A stretch of 64,000 bases of DNA from Firmicutes bacterium UBA5766 (GTDB taxonomy: Bacteria > Bacillota > Desulfotomaculia > Desulfotomaculales > Nap2-2B), in contig DIEU01000001.1 in the NCBI GenBank assembly GCA_002418775.1, positions 9,551 through 73,550 of the forward strand, given 5' to 3'. Positions 11,079 through 20,934 of this stretch are shown here, piece by piece. The position numbers and the translations under genes were made by a program. A model generated the notes under the pieces. The model did no database searches and was not told the origin of the DNA. It saw nothing but the letters and a program-made list of their open reading frames with translations. Within the stretch, counting starts at the first letter, position 1. Each line of letters starts with the position of its first letter.

Positions 11079-11471
11079 ATGGATCAGGTAAGTTTTTATG
11101 GGACCGGCAGAAGAAAGGAAGCTATAGCAAGAGTTTACCTTTACCCTGGTGATGGAAAAGTACAGGTAAACAATCATAACATAGAAAATTATTTTAGCCG
11201 GAAGATATTAGAAATTTTGGTTAGACAGCCGCTTGAGATAACTGGAACTGGAGTTCTCTTTAATGTAAGAGCTTTTGTGCATGGCGGAGGAGTAAGCGGC
11301 CAGGCCGGCGCCTTGAGGCAGGGGATTGCTCGCGCTTTGCTGCAGGCGGATCCCAACCTCAGGAGTGCGTTAAAACGTGCTGGTTTTCTGACCAGGGATC
11401 CAAGAATGAAGGAACGCAGAAAATATGGTTTAAAGAAAGCGCGACGGGCGCCGCAATACTCAAAGCGGTAA
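11079..11471 (+). CDS. rpsI: 30S ribosomal protein S9
   Basis: 130 aa, ...[17 protein letters not shown]...GGG.SGQAGA...[24 protein letters not shown]. Confidence 0.97.
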   Translation: MDQVSFYGTGRRKEAIARVYLYPGDGKVQVNNHNIENYFSRKILEILVRQPLEITGTGVLFNVRAFVHGGGVSGQAGALRQGIARALLQADPNLRSALKRAGFLTRDPRMKERRKYGLKKARRAPQYSKR

Positions 11472-11594
11472 ATATTTCTTGCCGGCTTTACTTTTTCTTA
11501 TTATTTAAAACACCCAAACCGTTAGTGCTAAGGTAACTTATCTTTAGTGATTTACATATTTTATCTATAGAAACAACGGAGTGGGTGAACGGAT

Positions 11595-12500
11595 TTGACA
11601 CAGAGAAAGTTTGGATTAGCTCTTGGCGGAGGTTTTTTGCGGGGAGCAGCGCATATAGGAGTTTTAAAAGTACTTGCCGGCGAGGGTTTTAAACCGGATA
11701 TAGTTGCCGGTACCAGCGCTGGCAGTATTATAGCGTCACTGTATTGTTCAGGCTGGAGCCCGGAGAGACTCGAGAAAATTGCATTAAAACTAAAGCCAGG
11801 TTATTTTTACGACCTGTATTCAACAATCATCAACCTCTGCGAAATGGCCATGGCAGCTTTACTGGACTTTTTTAAACTGCCTTTTTATATAAACGTTCCT
11901 TTGGGTTTGACATCAGGCAAAAAAATGAAAGCATGGCTGGAAGGAGAACTGGAGAGAAAAACATTTTATGATCTTGGAACAACTCTGGCGATTACTTCCG
12001 TAGATATTAATACAGGCCAAAGAATAGTTTTTGTCAACGGCGCCACGGAGTATAATCATTTAAAAGTTTCAAATGATATTGTTTTTATAAAAGGAGTTAA
12101 TGTTTCCGATGCTGTAGTGGCAAGCTGTGCGGTTCCCGGGTTCTTTACACCAAAAAAAATCGGGATCCGCCTTTTAGTTGATGGAGGTTTAAGAGGTAAT
12201 ATACCTGTGGAAGTACTTTCCCTTATGGGAGCGGAAAGAGTAATTGCTATTGATGTCGGTTACGATGGCGAACCATATAAGAAAATTAGTAATATCTTTC
12301 AACTGCTGAGTCAATCCCTGGATATAATTGCCTCGAAAAGTATCGATACCGAACTGGGGGACTACGCCGATCTTGTTATCAGACCTTTGCTGAAAAATGT
12401 TGCTCCCTGGAATTTCGACCTCATCCCATATTGTATAGAACAAGGGGAAAGAGCAGCGATGGAATGCATCCCTCAAATCCGAAAGCTTATCGAAAATTAA
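11595..12500 (+). CDS. Patatin-like phospholipase family protein
   Basis: 301 aa with an oxyanion GGGFLRG, a nucleophile elbow GTSAGS (GxSxG) and a distal DGG. This is the patatin Ser-Asp dyad layout. Confidence 0.85.
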   Translation: MTQRKFGLALGGGFLRGAAHIGVLKVLAGEGFKPDIVAGTSAGSIIASLYCSGWSPERLEKIALKLKPGYFYDLYSTIINLCEMAMAALLDFFKLPFYINVPLGLTSGKKMKAWLEGELERKTFYDLGTTLAITSVDINTGQRIVFVNGATEYNHLKVSNDIVFIKGVNVSDAVVASCAVPGFFTPKKIGIRLLVDGGLRGNIPVEVLSLMGAERVIAIDVGYDGEPYKKISNIFQLLSQSLDIIASKSIDTELGDYADLVIRPLLKNVAPWNFDLIPYCIEQGERAAMECIPQIRKLIEN

Positions 12501-12535
12501 ACATGTTTGAGTAAAGATAATGTAAGAATTATTGG

Positions 12536-13618
12536 GTGGGGTTTACAATGGTGTTATCAATCAACGGTCTGGCAACAGGAATTGGGAGCCTTCCATTTTT
12601 AGATGAATATGAGGCTGTCAATTTTGTACTGGAGAGGCTTCCAAAGATTCCACACTGGCCACAGCTGCCCGGAAGGGGAGAACAGGAAGGTTTTGTGTTT
12701 CAATATCTTTATCCGCTGGTTAAATCGGGATTGCTAAACATAGAAGATGGACAGGCATGTTTTGATACGGCTCACCCGGATTGGATCGACAAGTTGACCT
12801 GTTTTTACTCACTCTACCTTGAAGCAGAATCCGGAGATCCTGAAGCATTGGAGCAATTTTCGTTTCCCAGGTCAGCGGCAGCCGGTTTCTATGCTTTTGA
12901 GGAATTAATCGGCAAGAAAGGCCTTACAGAAGCGGTTTATTTCAAGGGACAGTTAACGGGCCCTTTGACTGTGGGTTTTCAAATTAAAGATGAAAAAGGA
13001 CGTCAGGCATACTATGACGAGCAGCTTCGCGACATCCTTGTTAAAACACTGGCCATGCATGCCCGCTGGCAGACTCAAAAGTTGGCCGCTTTGGGACGGC
13101 CGGTGATAGTGTTTATTGATGAGCCGGCAATTCGCGTCTTTGGTCAGGTAAGCTATATAACAATATCCAAAGAAATGATTCAAAACGATATTTCTGCAAT
13201 TATTAAATCGATACACGAAGCCGGCGCATTTGCAGGAGTACATTCCTGTGACGAAGTCGACTGGTCTCTGCTTTTTGGAATTGATTTGGATATTGTGAGC
13301 CTTGATGTATACAATTATGGGGACTCTTTATTGCCTTGCGCCGAAGAGGTGAAAAATTTTTTAAGCCGGGGTTGCGTTATAGCCTGGGGAATTGTTCCAA
13401 CCAATGAGAAAGCATTTAAAGTTACCGATGATAGTCTGTTTATATTATTAAAAAAGCTATGGCAGTCCCTTGCCAACCGGGGTATGGATATTGCGGTTTT
13501 AAAAAAACAGTCGATGATTTCACCGGCCTGCGGCACGGGTTTGTTATCAAAAGAACTGACAGAACGAATTTATCAGCTTAATGGCCTGATATCTGATAAA
13601 ATACGGGTGGAACTATAG
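12536..13618 (+). CDS. UROD/MetE-like (cobalamin-independent methionine-synthase-fold) hypothetical protein
   Basis: 360 aa with IDEPA, a His-x-Cys (VHSCD) and a C-terminal SPACGTG, resembling Meth_synt_2/UROD-fold enzymes. ATG 12548 has the better SD spacing. Function unknown. Confidence 0.5.
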   Translation: MGFTMVLSINGLATGIGSLPFLDEYEAVNFVLERLPKIPHWPQLPGRGEQEGFVFQYLYPLVKSGLLNIEDGQACFDTAHPDWIDKLTCFYSLYLEAESGDPEALEQFSFPRSAAAGFYAFEELIGKKGLTEAVYFKGQLTGPLTVGFQIKDEKGRQAYYDEQLRDILVKTLAMHARWQTQKLAALGRPVIVFIDEPAIRVFGQVSYITISKEMIQNDISAIIKSIHEAGAFAGVHSCDEVDWSLLFGIDLDIVSLDVYNYGDSLLPCAEEVKNFLSRGCVIAWGIVPTNEKAFKVTDDSLFILLKKLWQSLANRGMDIAVLKKQSMISPACGTGLLSKELTERIYQLNGLISDKIRVEL

Positions 13619-13635
13619 CTAAGGAGAGAGTTTTT

Positions 13636-14439
13636 TTGTTTCCTGATTACCACTGTCATACAAATCTTTGCGGCCATGCTTCGGGAGAGATGGAAGATTA
13701 TATTGCGGCAGCTCTTTTAAAAGGTCTGCAGGAATTAGGTTTTTCAGATCACCTGCCCATGTACTGGTTGCCCGAAAGCGAGCGCAATCCCGGTTTGGCA
13801 ATGAGTGAACAGGAATTGCCCCTTTATGTGGAGAAGGTTATTAAGCTGCAGAAAAAGTACAGTGATCTCAGCATCAAGCTTGGAATTGAAGCTGACTACA
13901 TACCCGGTAATAATATGGAATTAAACAGGCTGCTTGAAATGTATCCTTTTGATTATGTTCTGGGTTCGGTTCATTTTGTCAATGGCTGGGCTGTTGACAG
14001 CCCGGCAAATAAAAATGATTATGAACATTTAAATATTGACGAGATCTATACAGATTATTTCTCCTATCTGCAAATCGCCGCCCGGTCCGGTCTTTTCAAT
14101 ATCATGGCTCATCCGGACCTGATCAAAAAATTTGGCTACCGGCCCAAAAAGAATCTGGCTTCTCTTTATGAGCAGACAGCAGAGATTTTTGCAAAATCAG
14201 GTGTATGCGCGGAAGTAAATACAGCTGGTTTAAGGTATCCTGCACGGGAGATTTACCCTTCACTGGAATTGCTGAGGCTGTTTAAAAAGTACGGTGTAGC
14301 CGTAACTGTGGGTTCCGATGCTCATTTTCCAGAGCAGGTAGGGGAAGATTGGGAAGAAGCAGCTTTGTATCTTAAGGAGGCAGGCTACAGAGAAACAGCG
14401 GTCTTTTCAGGCAGGCGTCTAAAAATGGTTAAGATATAA
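13636..14439 (+). CDS. hisJ: PHP-family histidinol-phosphatase (HisJ/HisK type)
   Basis: 267 aa, ...DYHCHT..CGHA...FSDH...GSVH...HPD...GSDAH, the PHP metal-ligand series. TTG start 8 nt after AGGAGAG. Confidence 0.75.
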   Translation: MFPDYHCHTNLCGHASGEMEDYIAAALLKGLQELGFSDHLPMYWLPESERNPGLAMSEQELPLYVEKVIKLQKKYSDLSIKLGIEADYIPGNNMELNRLLEMYPFDYVLGSVHFVNGWAVDSPANKNDYEHLNIDEIYTDYFSYLQIAARSGLFNIMAHPDLIKKFGYRPKKNLASLYEQTAEIFAKSGVCAEVNTAGLRYPAREIYPSLELLRLFKKYGVAVTVGSDAHFPEQVGEDWEEAALYLKEAGYRETAVFSGRRLKMVKI

Positions 14440-14523
14440 AAAAGTATTGTTTGCTTAAAATTTTAACTATCATGAAAGAATACGCGTAAAGATCTTATTG
14501 CTGGTTTTTTTGCGGAGGCGTAA

Positions 14524-15426
14524 ATGCCAGAGCTTAATTCTTCACATAATCTAAAGGAGATTCTAAGCAGGTTCGATTTCCAATTCCATAAGGGGCTGGG
14601 TCAAAACTTTCTTCTGGACGGCAATATTATCCGTAAGATAATTAATTCCTTAAATCTGTCCGGTGATGATGTGGTTGTGGAAATTGGTCCTGGAGCGGGT
14701 ACGCTGACCTCTGCCCTGGCAAGATATGTCAGGAAGGTGATTGCTGTAGAACTTGATCAAAGGCTTTCACCTGTCTTAAAAGAGACACTTAACGGCATTG
14801 ACAATATAGAACTGGTCTTTGAAGATGCGCTCAAAGTAGATTTCGACAACCTTGTCGAATATAAATGCAAGGGTTTGCCCGCCTGCAGTCAAAAATCATA
14901 TAAAATAATTTCCAACCTGCCTTACAGCATTACAACACCAATCCTAATGTACCTGCTGCGTAAAAAATTCAATTATAGTTCCTTAACCGTAATGGTCCAG
15001 CGTGAAGTTTCTTCGCGCCTGGTTTCAGTTCCCGGCAGCAGGGATTACGGTAATTTAAGTGTAGTTGTCCTATATTATACAGTTCCCGAGGTTCTGTTTA
15101 TGGTGCCTCGAACTGTATTCTACCCGCGTCCGGAAGTGGAATCGGCTGTCGTTCTTCTTGCCAGGCGGGAAGCGCCGTTGGTAGAGGTTCCTGATGAGGA
15201 GCTTTTTTTTGGTCTTGTACGCGGCGCCTTCGGCCAGAGACGGAAAACCATTTTAAATGCCCTCTCAGACGGTCATATAATCACCGGTCTTAGCCGTCAG
15301 CAATGGAAAGAGATTATACAGTCCGTAGGAATTGATCACTGCCGGAGGGGGGAAACTCTTAATCTAAAAGAGTTTTCGGATATCTGTTGGCGCTGCTGGG
15401 AGTATAAGTCTTTAGAAGACACATAA
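14524..15426 (+). CDS. rsmA: 16S rRNA (adenine1518/1519-N6)-dimethyltransferase
   Basis: 300 aa, ...KGLGQNFL.D.NI..KI...VVEIGPGAG.LT...NLPY.I.TP. Confidence 0.93.
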   Translation: MPELNSSHNLKEILSRFDFQFHKGLGQNFLLDGNIIRKIINSLNLSGDDVVVEIGPGAGTLTSALARYVRKVIAVELDQRLSPVLKETLNGIDNIELVFEDALKVDFDNLVEYKCKGLPACSQKSYKIISNLPYSITTPILMYLLRKKFNYSSLTVMVQREVSSRLVSVPGSRDYGNLSVVVLYYTVPEVLFMVPRTVFYPRPEVESAVVLLARREAPLVEVPDEELFFGLVRGAFGQRRKTILNALSDGHIITGLSRQQWKEIIQSVGIDHCRRGETLNLKEFSDICWRCWEYKSLEDT

Positions 15427-15454
15427 GTTTAAATACAGGGGAGGAGGTATAAAA

Positions 15455-15925
15455 ATGTATTTTATTAGCCCCACCAAAGGCAGGCTCGTCTTCAACGAGA
15501 TGATGTCTGAAATAGTCAGTTATATTAGAGGTCTGCCGACTTCGATGTACAAGATAATTATCGGCACAGACTCCCAGGTTAAGCAAGATTCCTGTTTTGT
15601 CACAGCAATAATTATCCACAGGCTTGGCAAGGGGGCGCGTTATTTTTACCGTAAGAAGCTTCAGCGTAGAATCAAGAGTTTGAGGCAAAAAATATTTTAT
15701 GAAACATCTTTAAGTCTCGAAATGGGTGGATTAGTTGCAAAATCTCTTTCTGAATGCGGACTTGATGACACTGAAGTAGAAATCCATATTGATGTTGGAA
15801 AGCAGGGAGAAACCCGGGATTTAATCAGAGAAGTAGTTGGAATGGTGACCGGCAGCGGGTTCCAGGCAAAAATTAAACCCGAGGCCTTTGGAGCTTCAAG
15901 CGTTGCTGACAAACATACAAAGTAA
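15455..15925 (+). CDS. YkuK/DUF458-like RNase-H-fold protein
   Basis: 156 aa, ...YKIIIGTDSQ...CFVTAIIIHR.GKGARYFY...EIHIDVG..G.T... This resembles the Bacillus YkuK family (recalled from memory). Confidence 0.55.
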   Translation: MYFISPTKGRLVFNEMMSEIVSYIRGLPTSMYKIIIGTDSQVKQDSCFVTAIIIHRLGKGARYFYRKKLQRRIKSLRQKIFYETSLSLEMGGLVAKSLSECGLDDTEVEIHIDVGKQGETRDLIREVVGMVTGSGFQAKIKPEAFGASSVADKHTK

Positions 15926-15929
15926 GCCG

Positions 15930-16739
15930 TTAAGTGAAAATCTTCTTCAGAAAATCCTCCAGCAAGTCAAATCTTCTTTCTATATGGTATCCAAGATAAG
16001 TCTTACCGTTATGAGTCCTGGTCCGTGTTTGGCCATAAAAAACCTGTAACGCCTCCAGACAATCTCCGATAATTGTTTCAGCAATCTGTCTGTTATGATA
16101 AAAATCCCTTTGCCTGGAACCCAGTCTGGCGTGTGGAAGACGCGCCCCTATACCTACATCCAGGCGGCAGCGCGCTGCCAGGGCAAGCGCTGCCGGAGGA
16201 ACGGCAAATTCCTGGTAGGGTACACTTTCAATAAATTTTCTTGTAATAGCATGTGGACCATGCGAAGGAGAAGCGTTTCCGATTGCTTCTTCAAAACCTA
16301 AAGTTTTGTTCAGCTCTGAACGCAGACTTAATAAATATCTGGCAAGTTGTGAGGGTTTACTCCCCGTTTCCGGTGGATAGCAGTCGGTTAAAGCCATCTG
16401 AAACCCTTTCCTTAAGATACTTGACAAAAGCCTCCTTAGAGTATTGGCTATATTTCCTTCCATATCACCATCAATAAAAAGAACTATCTCCGCCCCCAGT
16501 TTGTATGCCCAGGCGGCTCCTACAGACCTTGGGACATCTATTCCCAATGAGCTTTCAAAATGTATAGGCGAAATGTTTGCACAGTTCATTACTTCAATTA
16601 TTTCCCTGGATCTATCCGTGCAGCCGTTAAAGACAGGAATTATAAGATCAACTTCTGTACTGCTGACAGTTCTAATAACTTTCCTGATTGTCGCTGCTTC
16701 ATTTTTAACCGGTATAACTGCTGCTATCATTAATAACAC
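15930..16739 (-). CDS. GT-A fold nucleotide-sugar transferase-like protein (GT2/GT81-like)
   Basis: 269 aa. N-terminal AAVIPVKNEAATI and a DxD-like FIDGDM are typical of GT-A glycosyltransferases. Substrate unknown. Confidence 0.55.
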   Translation of the reverse strand: MLLMIAAVIPVKNEAATIRKVIRTVSSTEVDLIIPVFNGCTDRSREIIEVMNCANISPIHFESSLGIDVPRSVGAAWAYKLGAEIVLFIDGDMEGNIANTLRRLLSSILRKGFQMALTDCYPPETGSKPSQLARYLLSLRSELNKTLGFEEAIGNASPSHGPHAITRKFIESVPYQEFAVPPAALALAARCRLDVGIGARLPHARLGSRQRDFYHNRQIAETIIGDCLEALQVFYGQTRTRTHNGKTYLGYHIERRFDLLEDFLKKIFT

Positions 16740-16788
16740 CCTTTTTTAATTTCTTCTATCCTGAAATTACTTGAAGTCTACTTGCATC

Positions 16789-16968
16789 AGGAAGGTCAAT
16801 TGTCTACGCGCTCATGTTCACCTATTATACTTGTACGAACTCGTTCACCCTCGGGCTCGGTTAAACTCGGCGCTATGCGCCTCAAACAAACAGTAACCTC
16901 GCTTATCCTCGGGTCCACTCGTTCTCTGAATAAAGGCTCAAAATCGCGCTTAAGACATTGACCTTCCT
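16789..16968. other. About 180-nt element bounded by a long imperfect inverted repeat (candidate structured sRNA, MITE or gene relic)
   Basis: The left arm AGGAAGGTCAATTGTCTACGCGC (16789-16811) pairs with the right arm GCGCTTAAGACATTGACCTTCCT (16946-16968) in blocks of 12+4+4 bp. The interior has a GGCGC-TAT-GCGCC hairpin (16869-16881) and permuted ACTCGTTC/CCTCGGG motifs. Confidence 0.3.
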
Positions 16969-17123
16969 CTATTGATAAATTTTCATCCCTATAGCTGGCG
17001 TCGTTTAAGCAGTATGGAAGTCTAATTTAAACTATGTACTTTTAAGGAAAAAGTTTCCTGAGCTGTTATCACATCTCAATAGTTATAAAACATAAACTGT
17101 AAAAAAATAGTTATTAAGGGGGT

Positions 17124-18002
17124 ATGGCAATGGAGAAGATTAAACCTGGAGATATTGTTGGAAGAATATCTTACGGATGCGATATTTTCTTTAAAGTAAT
17201 CGAAATATTTACCGGCGCTGACGGCAATGAATACGCCCGTCTTAGAGGAGTAGATATGCGTCTGATGGCAAATTCACCCCTTGGCGACCTGTACAAATTT
17301 GAAGCAAGTAAGGTAGCCGAGTACTTACGTAAGTTTATGGCCAACAATCATGAACACATGAAAAGAGTCTTTGCCAGGCGTCAGAATGAACAAAATGAAA
17401 AATTAAACAGGATAGTCAACCAGTCTAATAAAATTGAAAGTTTCGATTTGCCGGGTTCAGTTCTCCACATTGACGGAGATGAAGATTATTTGGAACTCTG
17501 TCTTACTACCTATCGTCAACTAAGCATCTCGGCCAATGGTTATTTTATTTCCGAAGAACTGCAGTCCAAGGAGGTAGGAAAGCTGCTTCGAAAGCATAAC
17601 CCGGACATTCTGGTTATTACCGGACATGACGGTCTTGTCAAAGGCGCCCGGGACTTCACAGATCTTAAGAATTACCACAGTTCGTCCTATTTTATTGACT
17701 CCGTAAGGGCATCCCGCGAATTTGAAAGAAATAAGGATGATCTGATTATTTTTGCAGGCGCCTGCCAGTCTCATTACGATGCAATTCTGGATGCAGGCGC
17801 AAACTTTGCGAGTTCCCCTGAACGTGTTCTTATTCATGCCTTTGATCCTGTCTTTGTTGTTGAAAAAATAGCTTACACATCAATTTATGATCCTATTTCT
17901 TTGAAAGACATTATAAGCGGTACCATAACCGGGTTTCCGGGAATTGGCGGCATTGAAACCAGAGGAAAATACCGTATGGGTATCCCAAAATCCCCCTATT
18001 AA
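17124..18002 (+). CDS. yabG: Sporulation-specific protease YabG (peptidase U57)
   Basis: 292 aa, ...IKPGDIVGRISYGCDIFFKV.EI...HIDGDE.YL..C...ITGHD...AGACQSH... It lies downstream of rsmA (two genes intervene; Bacillus has ksgA-yabG). Confidence 0.88.
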   Translation: MAMEKIKPGDIVGRISYGCDIFFKVIEIFTGADGNEYARLRGVDMRLMANSPLGDLYKFEASKVAEYLRKFMANNHEHMKRVFARRQNEQNEKLNRIVNQSNKIESFDLPGSVLHIDGDEDYLELCLTTYRQLSISANGYFISEELQSKEVGKLLRKHNPDILVITGHDGLVKGARDFTDLKNYHSSSYFIDSVRASREFERNKDDLIIFAGACQSHYDAILDAGANFASSPERVLIHAFDPVFVVEKIAYTSIYDPISLKDIISGTITGFPGIGGIETRGKYRMGIPKSPY

Positions 18003-18078
18003 TCAGTATTAATAAGTTCCTTAACACCCTTCCGCAACTATATGCATATGATGACTTAGGAATTAGGGGGTTTGATAT

Positions 18079-19083
18079 ATGGAAAGGCATCTCAAAGCAA
18101 TAAATAAGTACAGCAAAGAACTGCTCAGTAAGGCTAACGTCATAGGTATCGGGGTCGGATATAAACAAATACGGGGAGAAGAAACGGATAAGCTCTCATT
18201 AATCATTTTTGTAGAGAAAAAAATACCCTTGGACCGCTTAAGCAAAGGCAGTATTATTCCTGGAAAAATCAATGATCTCTATACTGACATTGTTGAAATC
18301 GGCCGCGTCCGGCTGCTTGATAACCGTGTTGATCGCTGGCGTCCCGCCTGTCCGGGTATAAGTATCGGTCACTATAAAATATCCGCAGGCACATTCGGCG
18401 CAGTTGTGAAAGACAAAACTACAGGAGAAAAACTTATCTTGAGCAACAACCATATTCTGGCAAACGCCACAAACGGCGCTGACGGGCGCTCATCATTAGG
18501 AGATCCAATTCTGCAGCCAGGTCCGCATGACGGCGGAGGGGCAAAGGATCAAATAGCAACTTTACTACGCTTCATACCAATACGGCATACTGTCCAGGAT
18601 GTTGAATGCCCTGTTGCAGCCGCGGCTATGCAGGCAGGGAATATCATTATCCATACCGTCCGTCCCAAATACAATATCAGGTTAACCAAATATACAGATG
18701 ATATGAATAATATTGACGCTGCAGTCGCTAAACCGGATAAACAAAGTTTGGTTGGTGAAGAAGTTTTGGAAATAGGCAGGATTGAAGGCGTAGCGCGCGT
18801 AATACCCGGGGACTCGGTAAAAAAGAGCGGACGTACTTCAGGATTGTCAGAAGGGAAAGTCCAGGCAATCGGAGTAACAATTAAAGTGGGTATCAGTGAG
18901 GAAGAAAATGGTTTATTCACTGACCAGGTGGTCAGCAATATTCTTTCACAGCCCGGTGACAGCGGTTCGCTGATTGTTAATTCGGAAAAACAAGCCGTTG
19001 GACTGCTCTTTGCAGGTTCTGAAAAATATACTATTTTTAACCGTATAGATAATGTGATGGAACGGCTTAAGATTAAATTTTAG
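18079..19083 (+). CDS. Chymotrypsin-fold (S1-like) serine protease
   Basis: 334 aa. The putative triad is His in LSNNHILAN, Asp in NNIDAAVA and Ser in QPGDSGSLIV. No obvious signal peptide. Confidence 0.65.
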   Translation: MERHLKAINKYSKELLSKANVIGIGVGYKQIRGEETDKLSLIIFVEKKIPLDRLSKGSIIPGKINDLYTDIVEIGRVRLLDNRVDRWRPACPGISIGHYKISAGTFGAVVKDKTTGEKLILSNNHILANATNGADGRSSLGDPILQPGPHDGGGAKDQIATLLRFIPIRHTVQDVECPVAAAAMQAGNIIIHTVRPKYNIRLTKYTDDMNNIDAAVAKPDKQSLVGEEVLEIGRIEGVARVIPGDSVKKSGRTSGLSEGKVQAIGVTIKVGISEEENGLFTDQVVSNILSQPGDSGSLIVNSEKQAVGLLFAGSEKYTIFNRIDNVMERLKIKF

Positions 19084-19162
19084 AAGGATGCTTCTTAGTG
19101 ATATACTGGTACGTTTATTGAACTATGTAAACCCTGCTGCAACAAATAAGGAGGTTTAAAAC

Positions 19163-19576
19163 TTGGGTTATAAAATCTTTTGCATGGGGAAGGTCGCCCT
19201 CGTTTTACTTGGAGAGGTGCCGGTTGTCGGACCACAAATCAGCGGCAGGGAAAAAGCTGTCCGTGTTGCGCAGAAATTGTTTAAGGAAATTGATAAATTA
19301 ATGGCCGGTTCATCCGTGGGGCCTTATCAGATTGTTTTTAAGCATAGAATCGGTGGACGTTATGACCTGGCCGTTAAGAGCAGTGAACTATCCCTGGAAA
19401 TACTTCATGATCTTGATGAGCTCTGGATAAAAAGGTTCCGCAAAATCTTTCACGGTATTTTTATACTCAGCTGTTTTTATGAAAAAAATGATAATCTGGA
19501 ATGCCTTGCAGTTACTGATGGTTTAGGCGCTGTTTTGTATTCCTCTGAGGTAAGACAGTTTTTCCAGACACGGTAA
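19163..19576 (+). CDS. Hypothetical protein
   Basis: 137-aa ORF with a TTG start 9 nt after AGGAGG. No family recognised. Confidence 0.45.
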   Translation: MGYKIFCMGKVALVLLGEVPVVGPQISGREKAVRVAQKLFKEIDKLMAGSSVGPYQIVFKHRIGGRYDLAVKSSELSLEILHDLDELWIKRFRKIFHGIFILSCFYEKNDNLECLAVTDGLGAVLYSSEVRQFFQTR

Positions 19577-19776
19577 GGTCAGTATTACCAGTTAGAACCA
19601 TCTGGAGAAGATTATGCGATATTATACATACGGACAAGCTCTGGAAGTTGTCTGTTAAATAATTGCAGTATATACAGTGATATTCATCATATCTTTATTT
19701 GTCCACTGAATAATTAATTTGGTAAACTGTTAGAGATTTGAGATATCAAATATCTTAAGAAAGGGGTAATTCTGTT

Positions 19777-20565
19777 TTGATGAAAAAAAGTCGTAAAACA
19801 CCGTTCGCAATGCTGTTGGTATTACTGTGTATTTGTTTTCTGTGGTCGTCAATCCCCCAGGTAACACAGGCAGCCCTGCCGGCATTTGACGGCAAGAAGA
19901 TGTTGTCGATGAAAGATTTTAGTAAACTAAGCAGCTTGAATCCCGGAGAATACAAGTATACAGTAAACTGTGCTCCTGACGATTTAAACAGCTGTCTCGA
20001 AAAATTAGAGAAATGGCTGAATGAAATCCTGAAAGGTAACAGCGCCAATTACTGCAATGTACAAAAATATCAGCCTTTAAGAAACAAACAAACTACTCCC
20101 AAAACCACTCCTAATACTACTCCCGATACCAATTCCAACTCCAACTCCGACTCCGATTCGGATTCTGACCAGCAAGTTGAATGTCTAACTGCCGACGAGC
20201 AGGAAATGGTCGATCTGGTCAATAGCGAAAGGAAAAGAGCGGGATTATCACCCTTGAAGGTTAATCTGGATTTGGTTAAGGTAGCCCGTCTTAAGGGTGA
20301 AGATATGATTGAAAATAGTTATTTCAGCCATAACTCTCCCACGTATGGTTCTCCTTTTAATATGATGAGCCAGTTTGGAATTTCTTACATGACCGCAGGA
20401 GAAAATCTGGCCGGCGCTCCGACGGTTGAATCCGCCCATGAGAACTTAATGAATTCTGCAGGGCACAGGGCTAATATTCTAAATTCGAGTTTCAAGGAGA
20501 TAGGAATAGGGGTAGTGGAAGGAAGCCAATATGGTAAGATTTTCGTGCAGGAGTTTATAGGTTAG
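19777..20565 (+). CDS. Secreted CAP/SCP (YkwD-like) domain protein with a low-complexity TP/NS/DS linker
   Basis: 262 aa with a signal peptide (MMKKSRKTPFAMLLVLLCICFLWSS...AA), a linker TTPKTTPNTTPDTNSNSNSDSDSDSD and a C-terminal CAP domain (...SHNSPTYGSPF...GENLA...HENLMNS.GHR.NIL...). Confidence 0.8.
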   Translation: MMKKSRKTPFAMLLVLLCICFLWSSIPQVTQAALPAFDGKKMLSMKDFSKLSSLNPGEYKYTVNCAPDDLNSCLEKLEKWLNEILKGNSANYCNVQKYQPLRNKQTTPKTTPNTTPDTNSNSNSDSDSDSDQQVECLTADEQEMVDLVNSERKRAGLSPLKVNLDLVKVARLKGEDMIENSYFSHNSPTYGSPFNMMSQFGISYMTAGENLAGAPTVESAHENLMNSAGHRANILNSSFKEIGIGVVEGSQYGKIFVQEFIG

Positions 20566-20575
20566 AAAAAGAAAA

Positions 20576-20606
20576 ATTGGACGATCCGGTTAACGGATCG
20601 TCCAAT
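20576..20606. terminator. Bidirectional hairpin between convergent genes
   Basis: Perfect 13-bp arms, ATTGGACGATCCG/CGGATCGTCCAAT, surround a GTTAA centre. An A-run on the left gives the minus-strand transcript a U-tract. The right arm contains the last codons and stop of the minus-strand gene. Confidence 0.7.
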
Positions 20607-20934
20607 TGAAACCATTGTTGTTGTCCCAGTTATTGGCGGAATCTTTAAAGCAGAAGGTAATTTGGTTATTTTGTATACGTATAGTTTTCTCCCATCCTTT
20701 AAAACTCTTATCCATACGGATTGTGTTTACGTTTGACCAACTTCTGGGATCGCCTAACCCGTAGTGCAGGAATACCTGATCAGCCCCTGATTTGGACAGC
20801 AAACCACCATAGACTATGTTTGCCTCATCAAAACCGCCTGGTTTTACCTCTACCCCTTTTTGGTAATCATTCCATGATTGAATCATCATAGCGCCTCCAT
20901 AATCATAATTAAGTTCCCTATTTATTATTGTCAA
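20590..20934 (-). CDS. Small stand-alone carbohydrate-binding-module-like protein (CBM25/26-like)
   Basis: 114 aa. The C-terminal ...CFKDSANNWDNNNGFNWTI matches the 'F.D...NWDNN.G.N' signature of starch/glycogen-binding modules. No catalytic domain and no signal peptide. Confidence 0.5.
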   Translation of the reverse strand: MTIINRELNYDYGGAMMIQSWNDYQKGVEVKPGGFDEANIVYGGLLSKSGADQVFLHYGLGDPRSWSNVNTIRMDKSFKGWEKTIRIQNNQITFCFKDSANNWDNNNGFNWTIR

